Part shown: positions 39,216-54,125 of the stretch, piece by piece | Layout: the number at the start of each line of letters is the position of its first letter | Numbering within the stretch: position 1 is the first letter of the stretch | Origin: Octopus sinensis | Lineage: Eukaryota | DNA length: 64,000 nt | Assembly (NCBI RefSeq): GCF_006345805.1 | Contig: NC_043003.1 | Span: 45,074,001 to 45,138,000, forward strand | Direction of reading: 5' to 3' | Notes under the pieces: generated by a model | Told to the model about the DNA's origin: nothing | The model's input: the letters and a program-made list of their open reading frames with translations, nothing else | The model's database searches: none | Program-made: the position numbers and the translations under genes

Positions 39216-41306
39216 AAAGAATATATATATGTGTGTGTGTGTGTGTGTGCGTGTGTGTGTGTGTGTGTATGCATGTATATATTCTCATGAGATCCGATCA
39301 ATATTGTAGAGGAATATATTCTTTTTGAATTAATTTGTGATCGATTGAAGCAGTCATACGTTCATCCTGCAAGATTTGACTTACTTTCGTACCGTTGTAG
39401 AAAATCTATATTGAATTATCATATCATTAAAGTATACTGCTATTCGTGACACATAATAAATTACAATTCGGATAGTGAAATATAATGACAGCACCATGAG
39501 ATTTGAAATCAGCATATATAGGTTCGTAATTACCGTTTGTTCAGCTCTAAACTATCTCTGCGCCCATGATTTGCCCTAAATCTAACAGCAAAAATAAACT
39601 CTGAAAATACTATTGTTGTTGCTATCGATGTTATCTATCGAGAATTGCGAAAATAAAATTTAAAAAGAACATCCCTGTCATTGTTATTTTAAAGCAAATG
39701 CTGCTAAATTCATGTCACGTCGTATGTACAATAAAAAGCACATGAAAATAAGTAGAGGGAGGCACTTTTAATTAGTTGAATCAAATGCAGTTGTAAAAAT
39801 ATCACAATTTTTTTTGTAGATAAAGTAATGTTAAAGCAAATAATCTATAAAAACTGGGAACATATTTTTCAAAAATATACTAAAATTTAAGAATAAAGAA
39901 CATTTGATTGCTATAATGTCCCTCAAATGTTTACGGTTATTGTGTGCGCTTACATTTTTTGTTATTTATTTATTTATATATTTATTAACCGAAACAAAAA
40001 CATAATAGCAGATGCCCTAAAAAATGGCGTTCTAGTGAGTGCAAAAAGTCCATTTAGAACGAGTGGAATGTGAAATATAATAGCAATTAAAGAAAATTCT
40101 TGTTTCCATTGGGGTAGGTTTTATAGCTTTTGAATGATTATTTTCATTCCAGTCGACCAATCAGATTTGATGAACGTTAAATTTTAAAAACATATTTGAA
40201 TAGTTTTGAATTCTTAGAATTTATTTCGTTGTATGAATGGAAAGAAATATTTAAATAAAAAAAAATGTTCAATAGTTATTAATGTTAGTATGCTTTTCTG
40301 TAAGTTGGGAGATATAGGCTACGATCATGATTTGTTTCGATAAAGATCTATGATACTGCGTTTGTGGGATTGGCAACTGTTTTGCTGTGTTTTATATGGT
40401 ATTCTGGAAGACAAAGTACTATTAATCAAGGGCGTGTTAAATGATTGGAATTCAATTAGAAATAAAAACTCATTAGTGATTAAAACTAAAAAGGAAAAGA
40501 ATATAAACATTTCGATAAATGATTGAAGGGAAATAGATCTATGGGTGTGTATTTGAATTTTAAATCATGAGTCATCGTTGGTTGATATATTTGTGGCGTG
40601 TTTTTTATATATTTTTCCGCGTTTTCTTGAATTATTTCTTGTCAGTTTTTTTTTTTATTTATATTAGTAATCAGACAATAGCAAAGCTACAGCAACCTTT
40701 TGAATGGTTTTAGTTGACCATATAAGCGAGAGTACTTCTTTTTAGCGTGATATTTATTATCTTATCGACCATTTTCTCGCACCAAAAATCTAAGGCCGGT
40801 GGACGAAGAAACATTCAAAACACAAAATCACTTCCACATGCATAAACATATACGTATGCATATGTATGTATAAATGTGTATATTCATACATATATACATA
40901 TATATATGTATGTGTCGTCTGTTTACTTATTATTTAAATTCTTCCGCTGAGAAAGGAGCTGGTTTCTAACAAAGCTACAAAGCTCCATAGCTGGAATGTA
41001 GATAAGAAAAACAATGCTATATTTTAAACTTCAGTAAAGTCTTGCATATTTTCAATGCTCCACTTACAGATTGAACTTGTAAAGTGGGAATCTGTTGTTT
41101 CATTTCATTTTCTGAAAATCCGATGTTATACTGAATATCACTTAAACATTTAATTACCAAACACAGGGCACCCGTTATGTTTAAATGTATTTGTCCATAG
41201 TTATCTTTCCTTTCTTTCATTTTCAAACAAATACTCACATGAATAGGACAGCTGACCTCTATGACAGTACATGTATTTTCTTGTATGTTCCAAACAACAA
41301 CATTGA

Positions 41307-41525
41307 GGAGGCACGTGGTTTAGTGGCTAGACTCATGATCATAAGATCCTGGACCGGGCGACACGTTATGTTCTTGAGCAAAACATTTTTGCTCGTCACT
41401 CCATTCCACTCAAATGGCAAAAATGAGTGATCCTGCGATGGACCGACATCCCTTATCCAGGTGGGTATTTAAACGTCATAGAAACCAGGAAGCCGGCTCT
41501 TATGTGTAAACGTGACTCGAGAGGC
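41307..41525 (+). mobile_element. SINE family D-related, degenerate
   Basis: GAGGCACGTGGTTTAGTGG...GGACCGGGCG...GTTCTTGAGCAA. Confidence 0.6.
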
Positions 41526-41599
41526 TAACATTACTTTTCTTTTTTACTAAACAATAACATCGGCTTGTGGTTTCAACTTGACAGATAATGTGGTGGAAT

Positions 41600-42090
41600 T
41601 GTTCCACCAATTTTCTGTGTATTGATGTGAGAATATATATTGCCACTGCATGGATTGTCTCTAATGAACCCAACACTCACCTTGGGTTATAAAACATTCA
41701 AGGAAACCAACTGTATCTGTCTCAAACAATGTCAAATTTTCCTCCAATGTCCTCAGCCTAGAGTGCTTTTGATCAAGTGTCAGAAGACGTGGCAGCCACC
41801 GAGCACAAACCTTCGTCATACCAAAATCATTGTGCAGACTTATTCTCAACTCTCATGTGCGGTGAACACGATCAATGTTTTCCACGGTGATAGCAGTTGC
41901 AGGACGTTCAGACCTTAGGAATATTCAACACGCTCCCTTCTACTCTTAAATTAAGGTTTCCACTTTTGTCCTGTTGATAAAGTTAGAGCATCATCCTCTA
42001 ATGTAGCCAATGTGTCAGCATGAATGTCCTTGGGCAATACACTTTTTACAGGTAATTGATAACACCATCATGACAATTGTTTTTCCACTT
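41600..42090 (-). mobile_element. mariner transposase remnant (HTH to first catalytic Asp region)
   Basis: LPKDIHADTLATLEDDALTLSTGQKW, SERPATAITVENIDRVH, KVCARWLPRLLTLDQK...GFLECFITQGECWVH. Confidence 0.85.
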
Positions 42091-43929
42091 ACGAAGAAAA
42101 GACGCTACTAGTTACAGTTGAAGTCTTCTTTGGATAGGCATGCTTTAGTTGAACTGAAACGAAACAAAATAGTTGGTAATTACTATAGTTAAAGTTAATG
42201 CACGCAAAATTTAAAAGCTTTAGTCTTACTCCTTCAGAATCAGCCTATGGACTTTTCTTATCTCAGCCTCGTATTTTGTTAGTTTCTCGTCTTGAAGTCT
42301 GCATTTTTGACATTACTGCTAGCGATGCTTCTGGGGAGCATTTTAGTGTAAAAGTTTATAAGTAGTACGAAGTGCTTAGGAGTTGTCGAATTTGAAGGGA
42401 ATATCAAGTAAGGTATTACTTTATGAGCTCCATATGCCCGAACTCTGGAGGATGGTAGAGGTTCGCTTCCCTACATACAATGTATATCGAATACAAATTG
42501 CATCGAATAGTCAGTTGGAGGAGGTGTCCTCTTGGGGCAAAAATGGTAGAAACCTCGGTTCCTACGGAACAGCTATGCTGAAGTGGCGATAAACATTACT
42601 TCAAAGCATATATCTATATACATGTGTGTGTGTGTGTGTGTGGTGTGTGTGTGTGTGTGTGTGTGTGTGTCCTTAGATTTTACAAACAGAATTGACGAAT
42701 AAGTGAAACCTTTTGAAGTAATATGTTGTCTCACATTGACCCTTTTACTGAGGTAAATATAAATACCGTATCGATAAATATATGAAATAAATTACCTAAA
42801 ATATAATCTCTGAAACAGTTATAAAATTGTCTCGTGAGTGTTATCAGCTTATACTTGTGTGGAGGCGAACTGAATTAAATCTTCCATGCTGGATATTCTG
42901 TGCCTATCTAGTGCAACATGTCTGCTTCTTCAACCTACAATAATCAAGTATCTCACAAATGAACAACAAACTAGAGTAAAATATAACTTGTTCAATATAT
43001 GTTCAAGTAACATATATCTTGCAAGCGAAATAGAAGGTAGGGAACATTGCCAGAAATCGCCCTAACAAAAAGTCAGTTTCGGAACTATTATACCTTTTAA
43101 CTTTTATTATTTCAGTCATTGGGCTGCCGTAACAGTGGGGCAACTCCTTGAAGCATTTAGTTGATCCAGTCACCTCACTGATATTTTAATTCAAATTTGG
43201 TACTTATTCTATCGGTCGTCTGGACTGAGCGACATTCATAACCATACAGCTATTCGTGCTTCTTTGTTTTCCAGTTGTAGTCATTGTTAGTTTAACAAAT
43301 GCAAATGAAATGAAACGGAATAGACAGTTCACACGAACATTGATTTTAGCCAGATTCAAATTCTGTTGAAATGGGAGTTTATTTCTATGTGACTTGCGAT
43401 TAAATCACAGTGTCAGCAGGAAAATTATAAGAAAAAATTCGTGAATACTTGAGATATAATAAAGGAGATTTAATTCCACATTAGATCTATTAATTTGTAT
43501 TATATTAATACACTTCACTAAAGCGCAATGCCTTAATTTTAATAATAAACTAGTAATTTTTTAATAATTTGAATCTCGAATTTTATAAGATATATTATCT
43601 GTTATATTTCAGGCATTCATTTAACATCCTGAAATTGCAAAATATTTTGCCGACAGATTGTAAATATAAACTGATTATTAAAATTTCTCTAAAGCACTTT
43701 ACAATAAATTATATTTGTTTATATACGAAACGATTTATTATTTTCCTAAATTGTTGTCAGCTTTGAGTCCCTTGAGAAATTTATTCCATTGATAGATTTC
43801 ACACTTATACAAATATTTCGGTTTTCACTCCAAATTTCCTCACTTCATTATAAATTAATATGCATTGTTTAAAATAAAATTGTGTAGTTTATTGAAATTG
43901 CTTACACTTTCATGCAAACAACCGCACAC

Positions 43930-44068
43930 AGACACATATATATATATATTGATATAAGGCATCATATAAGTGTGTGCATATATGTATATATATATATATA
44001 CACTTAAACACGCACACACAAACACACACACAAAAACATACACACAAACACGCACACATACGCACACA

Positions 44069-44161
<93 letters not shown>

Positions 44162-44250
44162 TATATTTATATATATATGAAGCGAGAGAGGGAGAAAGAT
44201 AATTGAAGACATATATACATACAGAGAGAGAGACAGAGAGAGAGAGAGAG
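43930..44250. repeat. (TA)n/(CA)n/(GA)n microsatellite
   Basis: Direct inspection. Confidence 0.95.
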
Positions 44251-44744
44251 TGAAATCTTGTAGCATTTCGTACAAATTATCCTGTTGTATTTAGTTTGTG
44301 TTTACATTTACTCGCTGATTCAAATATTCCCCAGTTAGCTTTCTTTATCAACTTTGCGATGTCGATTACATATGAACTAGCGATAGCCTACGTTTAATTC
44401 AATCCAGTATCCATTTGATGGCTGAAATCGCTTTTTGGACGCAATCCAGTTAACGTATAAAATGTTGTAACAAATGTATCATTTAATACATAAAATTTAC
44501 ATATCTCATTACTATCCATAAAGCATTTGCATCTGTTTTAGATTACGATTAATTTAGTCCAAATGAGAACTATCAAATGTGATACATTTTTTTTCTCCTC
44601 TAACGTATTGTATATGTTATATATAATAGTCTTTAACCAAAATCGCAGATATGTCCCTTCTTATTCTTCCCATATATATTCTCATTCACAGTTTAAGTTA
44701 CGTTCTTTAAAAGTGGCAAATGTTGATTTCAAACTTTGGCAAAA

Positions 44745-45165
44745 GGGCAGTCATTTAGGGCGAGGGATAATTCTATTGCATCGACACCATTACCCATCTG
44801 GTGAATATTTTTTATCGATCACAAAACGCTGAAGGGCAAAGTCAACCACGGAGGAATATGAACTCAATACTTAAGGACAGGTTAAATATCGCTATGCATT
44901 TTGAAATCAGAACGTAAAGACATACGAAATACCTATTTCTTTAATACCCACCAGGGGCTAAACACATAGGAGACAAACAAGGACAGACAGACGAATTAAG
45001 TCGATTATATCGACCCCAGTGCGTAAATGGTGATTATTTAATCGACCCTGAAAGGATGAAAGACAAAGTCGACCTCGACGGAATTTGAACTCAGAACGTA
45101 ACGGCAGACGAAATACCGCTAAGCATTTCGCACAGCGTACTAACGTTCCTGCCAGCTTGCCATCT
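44745..45165 (-). mobile_element. SINE family B, compound
   Basis: GAAAGGATGAAAGACAAAGTCGACCTCGACGGAATTTGAACTCAGAACGTAACGGCAGACGAAATACCGCTAAGC. Confidence 0.9.
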
Positions 45166-45329
45166 TAAAAGTGACAAATATTGGTTTAATGTGAATATTT
45201 AAACGGGTGATACTGTAAGTTTTAAATAAGTATTTCTACATAATTATTGATGTTTTTTCAGACTACCCACAAATTCAAAACCATTTCTTGTATGAAATGT
45301 CAGAAAATGATACTAGTATTTTTCGCTAC

Positions 45330-45515
45330 GTACTCAGTCCCAATTGTACTTAGGTGTTTCAAATTCCGCCGAGGTCGACTTTGCTTTTCATCCTTTCGGA
45401 GTTGATTATATAAGTACTAGTTAAGCACTGGGCTCGATGTAATTGACTTAATCCCTTTGTCTGTCCTTGTTTCTCCCCTCTATGTTTAGCCCCTTGTGGG
45501 CAATAAGGAAATAAA
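45330..45515 (+). mobile_element. SINE family B 3' part
   Basis: AAATTCCGCCGAGGTCGACTTTGCTTTTCATCC...TAGCCCCTTGTGGGCAATAAGG. Confidence 0.9.
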
Positions 45516-47102
45516 TTGGTTTTAGGTGTGTACTATTTTTATCGATACGGGTTCGATAAACATTTGAGGCAATGTATTATGTGTTTAATCGTTTTATACG
45601 TCATTCTTATAAATTTGTCATATTGCAATGAAGAGGGGAATAAAGCATTCTTTATTATAGAATCCACTGGAAAACCATGCACGAAATGCAGATTATCACA
45701 AAATGGTTGCTATTGTTCAGTAATTAAAACTATTTTAAAGAGCATCAAAATAGATATGACTATAAAATAAGATAATTATGCAATAACTCAATAGCACTTA
45801 TTGTTTGCATTTATAATTAAAGATTTATAATTTCCATTTAAATTTGCATTTCCCTTAGATGCACGCTTATTCTGAACTTCTATTCCAATTATGTTGGTGT
45901 CACTGGGAATACAAGGATTGCAATATGTTGAAATAATATAACTAACTTCATATATGTGTGCATATTTAACTTTTCAAGAAAATAACGTAAATGCTAGTTT
46001 ATGGTTGTTTGGCTAATGTCACTAACTTGAGTGTGTTTTACAGTTATTTTAGAAAAAAAATGTCAAACATTTAAAAAGGAAAAGCACTACTACAACTGAA
46101 ACATGATACATTTTTATCTGTGAAAGAAAGAACGACACACAAAAGCTGAAGGTAATCGATATAAAACACTATCAGACAGAAGGTTGAATTGAATGATATC
46201 CTCTTTCATTCAGAGATATTGCATTCAAAAACAGATATTTCTAAAAACATACATATAAAAAAAAGCTATATTATTATAAAAATAAATCATAAATTTAAAT
46301 GTGATTTTTATTCATAATGAATAAAATAAATTTGTCCATTCATGATCCTGCACTCGTTCTCCATTACTTCTGTTGCTGCTACTACGACAGTATCAGCTTT
46401 TCTCGACTAACTGTTATATTCACTGTTCACTAAAAACTACTACACGATTCTAATTAATGTGCATTCTCTTCTTATCGACCATACTATAACTCTTAGAGAA
46501 AAACTGCAAAACATCATTTACATTGCGCTTCCTCTGGAGACTTTTCAGTGCAGTGGACGCATGGCAATTCTCTAGGCATCAGGCACCCAAACTGCTTCTG
46601 CTCTTGAACCGGGACCACGTCAAAAAAAAAAAACGCGACAGAGACGCGTGTCGCACAAACGATGATCACGTATATTCACTATGTGTCTACTTTGCCACCG
46701 TTGTTATCATCGCCGTCGTCGTCTTCTCTCGTGAATCTTTCCATTTGTAACAGTCTCAGCGAGTGCCAGCTCATGATCAGCCTCGGCCACTCAAAATAAC
46801 TTGCAGTGCTTTCTGGCAGCAAAATACACTATCAAACAATGAAATTTGTCTTTTCCACAGAAAGCAAAGAAGCAAAACAAAAATGTCCAATGCTTTTCCC
46901 AAAAGTATATAGTGATCAATCCACAGTCTGATATAATTCTCTCAGAAATAATCTTTCTCGCAGCTAGTTTTTTTCTTCTGTATCACATTGGCAGCTTCTT
47001 CTCCTTATCTTTCCACCAGGAAAACTTGCTTCAACTTTAATGCAAGCACTTTATTCAAGCTCTTATTTCAGTGACAGATTTCCTCATTTCCTTAATTGCA
47101 AA

Positions 47103-47690
47103 TTACCGGGCGAAATGCTTAGCGGTAATTCGTCTGCTATTACGTTCTGAGTTCAAATTCCGACGAGGTCGACTTTGCCTTTCATCCTTTCGGGGTCGAT
47201 AAATTAAGTACCAGTTACGCACTGGGGTCGATGTAATCGAGTTAATCCGTTTGTCTGTCCTTGTTTGTCCTCTCTGTGTTTAGCCCCTTGTGGGTAGTAA
47301 AGAAATAGGTATTTCGTCTGTCATTACGTTCTGAGTTCAAAATCCGCCGAGGTAGACTTTGCCTTTCATTCTGTCGGGATCCATAAACTTAGTAACAAAT
47401 GCGTACTGGAGTCGATCTAATCGAATGGCTTCTCTCCAAAACTATAGGGCCTTACGTCTAGAATAGAAAATATTATCGTATATTATTCAAGGTTGCTTGA
47501 TGGTGGAATTGTTTCCGAACCAGACAAAATACTTCGCGGCATCTCTTCCGCCTTGACTAGATTGACTTTGCATTTCATCTTTTCCAGGTCAGTAAATAAG
47601 TACCAGTTGAGTCCTGGGGTCGATGTAATCGAGTAGCCAGAAGGCCTGAAAGCACAAAGTTTTAAACTTTGTACCTATAGCAGAAAGAAT
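47103..47690 (+). mobile_element. Cluster of three SINE family B monomers
   Basis: Repeated GTTCTGAGTTCAAA...GACTTTGCCTTTCAT cores. Confidence 0.85.
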
Positions 47691-47989
47691 TATCTGATAT
47701 TACTTTATTCACGAGAGTACCAATCATCCTGGTGTCAGATGGTGTGATGATGTTAACGACATCCGTGCATGTGGACACGATTCTCTTATCTCCCAGTTTG
47801 AGTGTGATACTACTTCAATGCCTCCAAACTTAGAACAAAATTTCTATATATGGAAGTGATAGAAGTATCATTGGTGGAGTTAATGCAAAATTCTAAATGT
47901 TTCCGATATGTAAGCATTCAATTTTACCATCAAATAGATGTCGCTATATCATACCGTAATAATAATTTTTTTTCTTACTTTGGTACTAT

Positions 47990-48540
47990 AATAACAACTT
48001 TGAGGGGAGGAAGCAAGTTGTGATTATTTCAGCCCAATTACTAGACTTGTACCTTATTTTATCGACCCCCATAAAGGTGAAAGGCTAAGCTGGTTCAGCT
48101 GATTTTGAACTCAAACAGTAATGCGTCGGAAACAATTAGGCTTCGCTATTTATTCTGCCACTTCGCAGGCTTAATGGCTTCATAGTTTAGATCGACTTAA
48201 GATATTTTATTTTATCGACCCCGAAAGGTTAAAACGCAAAGTTGGACACGGTTAAATTTTGAGCTCAAGTTTTAAGAACTGAGCTGAATACCGCGATGCT
48301 CTGAAGAGTATGACAATCCACTGCCCTTAGTAATTCTTTTCTAGTCTAGGCACAAGGCCCGAAATCTTTGGGGGAAGGTGCCAGTCGATTAGATCGACCC
48401 CAATACGCATCTGGTAACTAATTTATCGATAAAAGTCAAAGTAGACCACGGCGGAATTTGAACTCAGAATGTAAAGACAGGCGAAATTCCGCTAAGCATT
48501 CGCTCAGCGTGCTAACGTTTCTGCCAGCTCGCCGCCTTAC
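47990..48540 (-). mobile_element. Cluster of SINE family B monomers, opposite orientation
   Basis: Three ATCGACCCC...AAAGT cores ending CTGCCAGCTCGCCGCC at about 48537. Confidence 0.8.
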
Positions 48541-49145
48541 TGCCATCTGTAATTGCTTCACTTATGGGTACATCTCTTGAAATACACGGAAGAGGTTAGT
48601 TGATAATATCGAAAGCAGTACTTCAATGCCATTTTTCTTTATGCCTCACGAAATAAGAAAGGCAAAGTTAGCCGGAAAGAAAAAGAGCAAGCTATTTTGT
48701 CCGAGGTTAATCATTCTATGAGCCAAGTACCAAATTGTAATATCAAATATATGTACAGCAACACGTATTTTACAAGTAATTCATACTAGCCATAAAAGAT
48801 ATGGCTGGCAACAGCACCAAAGTAGTAGTAGTAGTAAAGTGTACTGTATTAGTATCAACGTCTAGACATACAAAGAGCTGATCAATGACAAGTCAGATAT
48901 GGAAGCCAATGACGCAGATAAGGCGTTTCTGAAGTAGTGAAGAATTATGGCACTGAACTTCTTGCTATATATTTAAAAAATCCTGATTTGGAAGAAACTG
49001 GTAATGTGGTGTTTCAACAACAATAAACCAGGAGCGGAATTTGGATCAGTTCAGTTGTTATGAAGGGGTGTAGATTCTTGTTCCTTTCATTTTAGTTCGT
49101 CTGACAGAGGTAAGAAATACTAAGATATGCCCATGCACAAACACA

Positions 49146-49192
<47 letters not shown>

Positions 49193-50179
49193 ACACATAC
49201 ACACGAACATCTATTGTATTGAAATGGGGGTTATCATCTAGCTTTTGCTATTTTCGTCAGACTTTGTTGCACTTTCATTGAAACAGTAATATTTAAGCAT
49301 CCACAGTCAATAATATGTGAAACCTTTATAGTTTCATCTTCTCATAAATTACTATTTTGTTTTTTGTTGTTCTTTTTTGCTTCATTATAGAAGGCGAAGC
49401 AATTATGATTAGTGCAGACAGAATTTGAATGTTTGATCTTCTATGTCAGGCGAATACCTTTGCTTGAAAATTTTGTATGGTATATGTGAGCTTATTTTAG
49501 CAATACGCTGTTCCGAGTTTGGATTTCGGAAACTTACCTGTGAGAAATAACTGAATGAAACACATAGGAAGACATGTAAAAATATTAAAAGAACACGGAC
49601 CTACAGACGATATTCAGGGTTATCTCTAACCATCCTTTTCTTAGATGTTCTGTCAAGACATATACTTCTATCATTTTCATATTGTTTATGCTGACCATTA
49701 TTTCACTATCTCCAATACTATTCTTTACCTGCAAAATATCGATAAATACAAGACATTATGCTGGGTTCATTTGATACTTCGACCTGTCTTACATTTGTCA
49801 CACACGATTTAAACTTTATGCAATATCTTATTTGTTATTACTCAGTAATATACAAAGAAGAATAAAGGATTTTAACTATTGGCGCCTTTCTAATACGTGC
49901 CAGAATATGGTCAAAGATAACTGCCTGAAGCCAGGGAACAATCGTGTAAACTTCGGATTTGAACATATTGTAGCTTCGCAAAAATATATATCTGCATGCG
50001 TTTCACTATTTTTATTTTATTCTTTATTTTTCCGCTATTTTTCATGAAGGAAAGCACGAGTTTGAATAATAAGTTAGGTCCAAAACAAGATGGTCTTTCC
50101 TCAATCGCGTTAAATAACTTTAACATTAAGAATAGAAATGTAAATGCACATTAGGTATGTTTCCAGAAAGACACAGACA

Positions 50180-50485
<306 letters not shown>

Positions 50486-50677
50486 ACATACACCAAGTGC
50501 GACAGAGAGAATGGCTAGGAAATAACAGATACATGAATAGCTAGATGAATGCATAGATAGAGAGCTAGATAGGTAGATATTTCAATAGCCATATATTTCG
50601 AATCATGACTGCATAAATACATAATATATAGAAATTTACATATATACATGCAAACATATATATTTACATACATATGC

Positions 50678-50743
<66 letters not shown>

Positions 50744-51525
50744 CCCTCTTTCTATATGTGTCGATATATACGTATGCATGTATTTATAGATATATATTTC
50801 TATGGCCGAACATATAGTTCTACAAATGTATTCATATATAAAAATACATATTTATAGTAACATTATTCGGCAACATTTATAAGAATTACGCTATTGTGTG
50901 ACCATTCAGAAGATAACCTTATATACTATTATGTGAATTCTCATTTGTTCAGTGTTCTATGGAATTATTAGACGGAATAAAGAATCAAGCAAACCTAATT
51001 TCGTGCAATCACATTTGAAATCAGACAAAATTAATAAACACCACAAATGAACTAACTGATTTCATTTATATTTCCAGTCTATATTTGGAATTATCTCTTA
51101 TATTTCTATAGCTTCGCCATACGACTGTTTTCATTGGTCGTATGTATGTGTATGCGTTTTGAGTATAAGTGTGTCTTTCTGCATCATTGTTCTGCGCATA
51201 TATGTATATAAATGCGTACATCTATTGTCTTTATATTTCATGTAATATTAATGTTTACGTGTCCGTCTTTAAATGTGTATGCTTATGTGTATTCATATAA
51301 GGATACATCTATACGTGCATACAATTACACATACACATATATAGTAAGTATATACTTATATGTGACTGTGTGTAAGTTACTATGCATATGATCTACACAT
51401 AAAATCTCATGCATATATACATATTTAAACCTTTACATACATACTATTAGATATATACTTATATATATGCATATACATATATATGCACACATGTGCATAT
51501 ATATACACATGTAAGTAGATATGTG

Positions 51526-51564
<39 letters not shown>

Positions 51565-52199
51565 TTGTGTGTGTGTGTATGTATGTATGTATGTATGTGT
51601 GTGTAAACATACGAATGCATATGTAGGGATGGTTTTGTGTATATATGTACATAAGTATATATGTATAATATGTGTGTGTATATGCATATATACTATTTTA
51701 TTCAAGCTTAAATTATTTCACAAAGTGTTACCGGGTGTTTCACAAAAGCACTGTCGCGCATGTGTGTATACTAACACAAATACACTTACCCATCCATACA
51801 CACATAAACACACACATACACACACACACACACACTCACACTCACACACATACACACACATATCCATATGAATGTTTATGAATGCATGCGCATGGATGTG
51901 TGGAAGTAAAAGTGCCCAACAATTACCGAGTATGCTATCAAAGAATGCATAGTTTCTTCATGCATAAATATGTAACGCATCTTTTATAGTATCCTTCGTA
52001 CTTAAGATTACATATTGTCTCTTCCTCACCTATCAACGTGTATAACCTGACTTGATCGTTTACCAACACATACTCTTTCTCCAGTCTTTTTCCCTCCCGC
52101 CTCTCTCTCTCTCTCGCTCTCCCTCTCTCTCTTTCTCCTTCTTTCTTGTTCTCAATCACTGTTTTTCTCTGCCTCCGTCTCACTCTTTCTCTCCTTTTC

Positions 52200-52950
52200 T
52201 TATTTCTTTATTACGCACAAGGGGCTAAACATAGAGGGGACAAACAAGGACAGACAAAGGGATTAAATCGATTACATCGACCCCAGTGCGTGACTGGTAC
52301 TTAATTTGTCGACACTGAAAGGATGAAAGCCAAAGTCGACCTCGGCGGAATTTGAATTCAGAACGTAACGGCAAACGAAATACCGCTAAGCATTTCGCCC
52401 GACGTGCTAACGTTTTCGCCAACTCGCCGCCTTATATCTCTCTTTCTGTCTCCTACTTTTCTTATTTCTTTATTGCACACAAGAGGCTGAACATAGAGGG
52501 GACAAACAAGGACGAAGAGATTAAGGCGATTACATCGATCCCAGTGCGTAAATGGCGCTTAATTTATCGACACAGAAAGGATAAAAGCCAAAGTCGACCT
52601 CAGCGGAATTTGAATTCAGAAAGTAACGCCTGAAGAAATACTGCTAAGTATTTCGCCCGGCGATCAAACGATTCTGCCAGCTCGCTTTTTTTTTTTACCA
52701 GGAGAATGACTAAGAGCTTCTAAAGCTCCGGAATTCATCTATTTTCCTACTAAATGCGTAATGCCTGACATTTTGGGAAAAGGTGCAAGCCAGTTACATC
52801 GACCCCAGTGTTTCACTGCTGCTTATTTGATCTAACCCCGAAAGGATGAAAGGCAAAGTCGACCTCGAGTTTGAATTCAGAACGTAGCGACGGCCGAAAT
52901 ACCACTAAGCATTTCACCCGTCATGCTTATGATTCTGCCAGCTTACCGCC
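52200..52950 (-). mobile_element. Three SINE family B monomers in tandem
   Basis: GAAAGGATGAAAG.CAAAGTCGACCTC three times; 5' ends at about 52432, 52690 and 52950. Confidence 0.9.
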
Positions 52951-53699
52951 TTTCTGCCTCCTACTTTGTGATGCCAAGCAGCGGGAACTTTCTAGCTCGT
53001 ACGTCGACATTGAGCAAAAAACATAACATCAATTTTCGAAAGCTAATTTGGTAAAATTGTAGATATCGTCACGTTAATGACATCAATATATTAGTGATAA
53101 TTATTTCATTAGTCCTGGATGTAGAAAAAAGTCAGATTTGAGTGAAACAAGAGTTGATAAACAGAATTATTTGTAACAAATCAATTGATGTGGCTTCGAT
53201 CTTAATGAATATTTTACTCTGAATTTAATACTGGTTCATTTTATAAACATTTCATCCTGTTAGATGTGAAATCGATGACGGTTGCCTGCCTAATGGATGA
53301 TAGCAATAGAGTGGGAAGTAAAACACTTCTAGATGACAAAACATTGACAGTATTCTGACCATTACACCTGCAACGTGATTACTATCATTAAACTATGACT
53401 AGTTATTGTTCTCGTTGATGTCTTTCCAATGCGATGCTAGCTCTGATCTGTTAAATATATTATCAAAAAATTCCATTCTCTGACTTTTTTTCCATTTTAT
53501 TCATACATAATATATCTATGACTGCATTATCCAAAGAATCCTATGGATTGTGATTTGTAGCATATTTAACCATTACTTGTAACACTTAGAATCACCATTT
53601 GTCGGTTTTGCAAGCATATGTGGTTTATCACTGATATTGATCGTACATGGCTTCTGGAAAATGAATGTTTGCTGTTGATTCTGTCAAACGTGTCTCTGG

Positions 53700-53853
53700 C
53701 ATGGCTGTGTGGTAAGTAACTTTCTTCTCAACCACTTGGTTCCGGGTTCAGCCCCACTGCGTGGCAACTTGGGCGAGTATCTTCTGCTATAGCCTCGGGC
53801 CGACCAAAGCTTTGTGAGTGGATTTGGCAGACGGAAACTGAAAGAAGCCTATC

Positions 53854-53924
<71 letters not shown>

Positions 53925-54125
53925 TTGTGTGTCTGTGATTGTCCCTCTACCATCACTTGACGATCGATGTTGGTGTGTTTACGTCCCGTAACTTAGGGGT
54001 TCGGCAAATAAACCGATAGAACAAGTACTGGGCTTACGAAACCATAAAGTCCCTGGGTCGATTTGTTCGACTAAAGGCGGTGCTCCGACATGGCCGCAGT
54101 CAAATGACTGAAACATAAAATAATA
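53700..54125 (+). mobile_element. SINE family A, near full length
   Basis: ATGGCTGTGTGGTAAG...GGGCCGACCAAAGC...GGAAACTGAAAGAAGCC...(TA)n...GACTGAAACATAAAA. Confidence 0.9.

Noticed and set aside
45516-45770. 84-aa ORF with a CxxC...CxC cluster
   Set aside because: Starts in a SINE tail with an alternative start codon, lacks splice context and matches no domain I recognise.
46500-46850. CpG-rich unique patch
   Set aside because: No ORF, no clear splice pair or repeat identity. Insufficient to call a feature.
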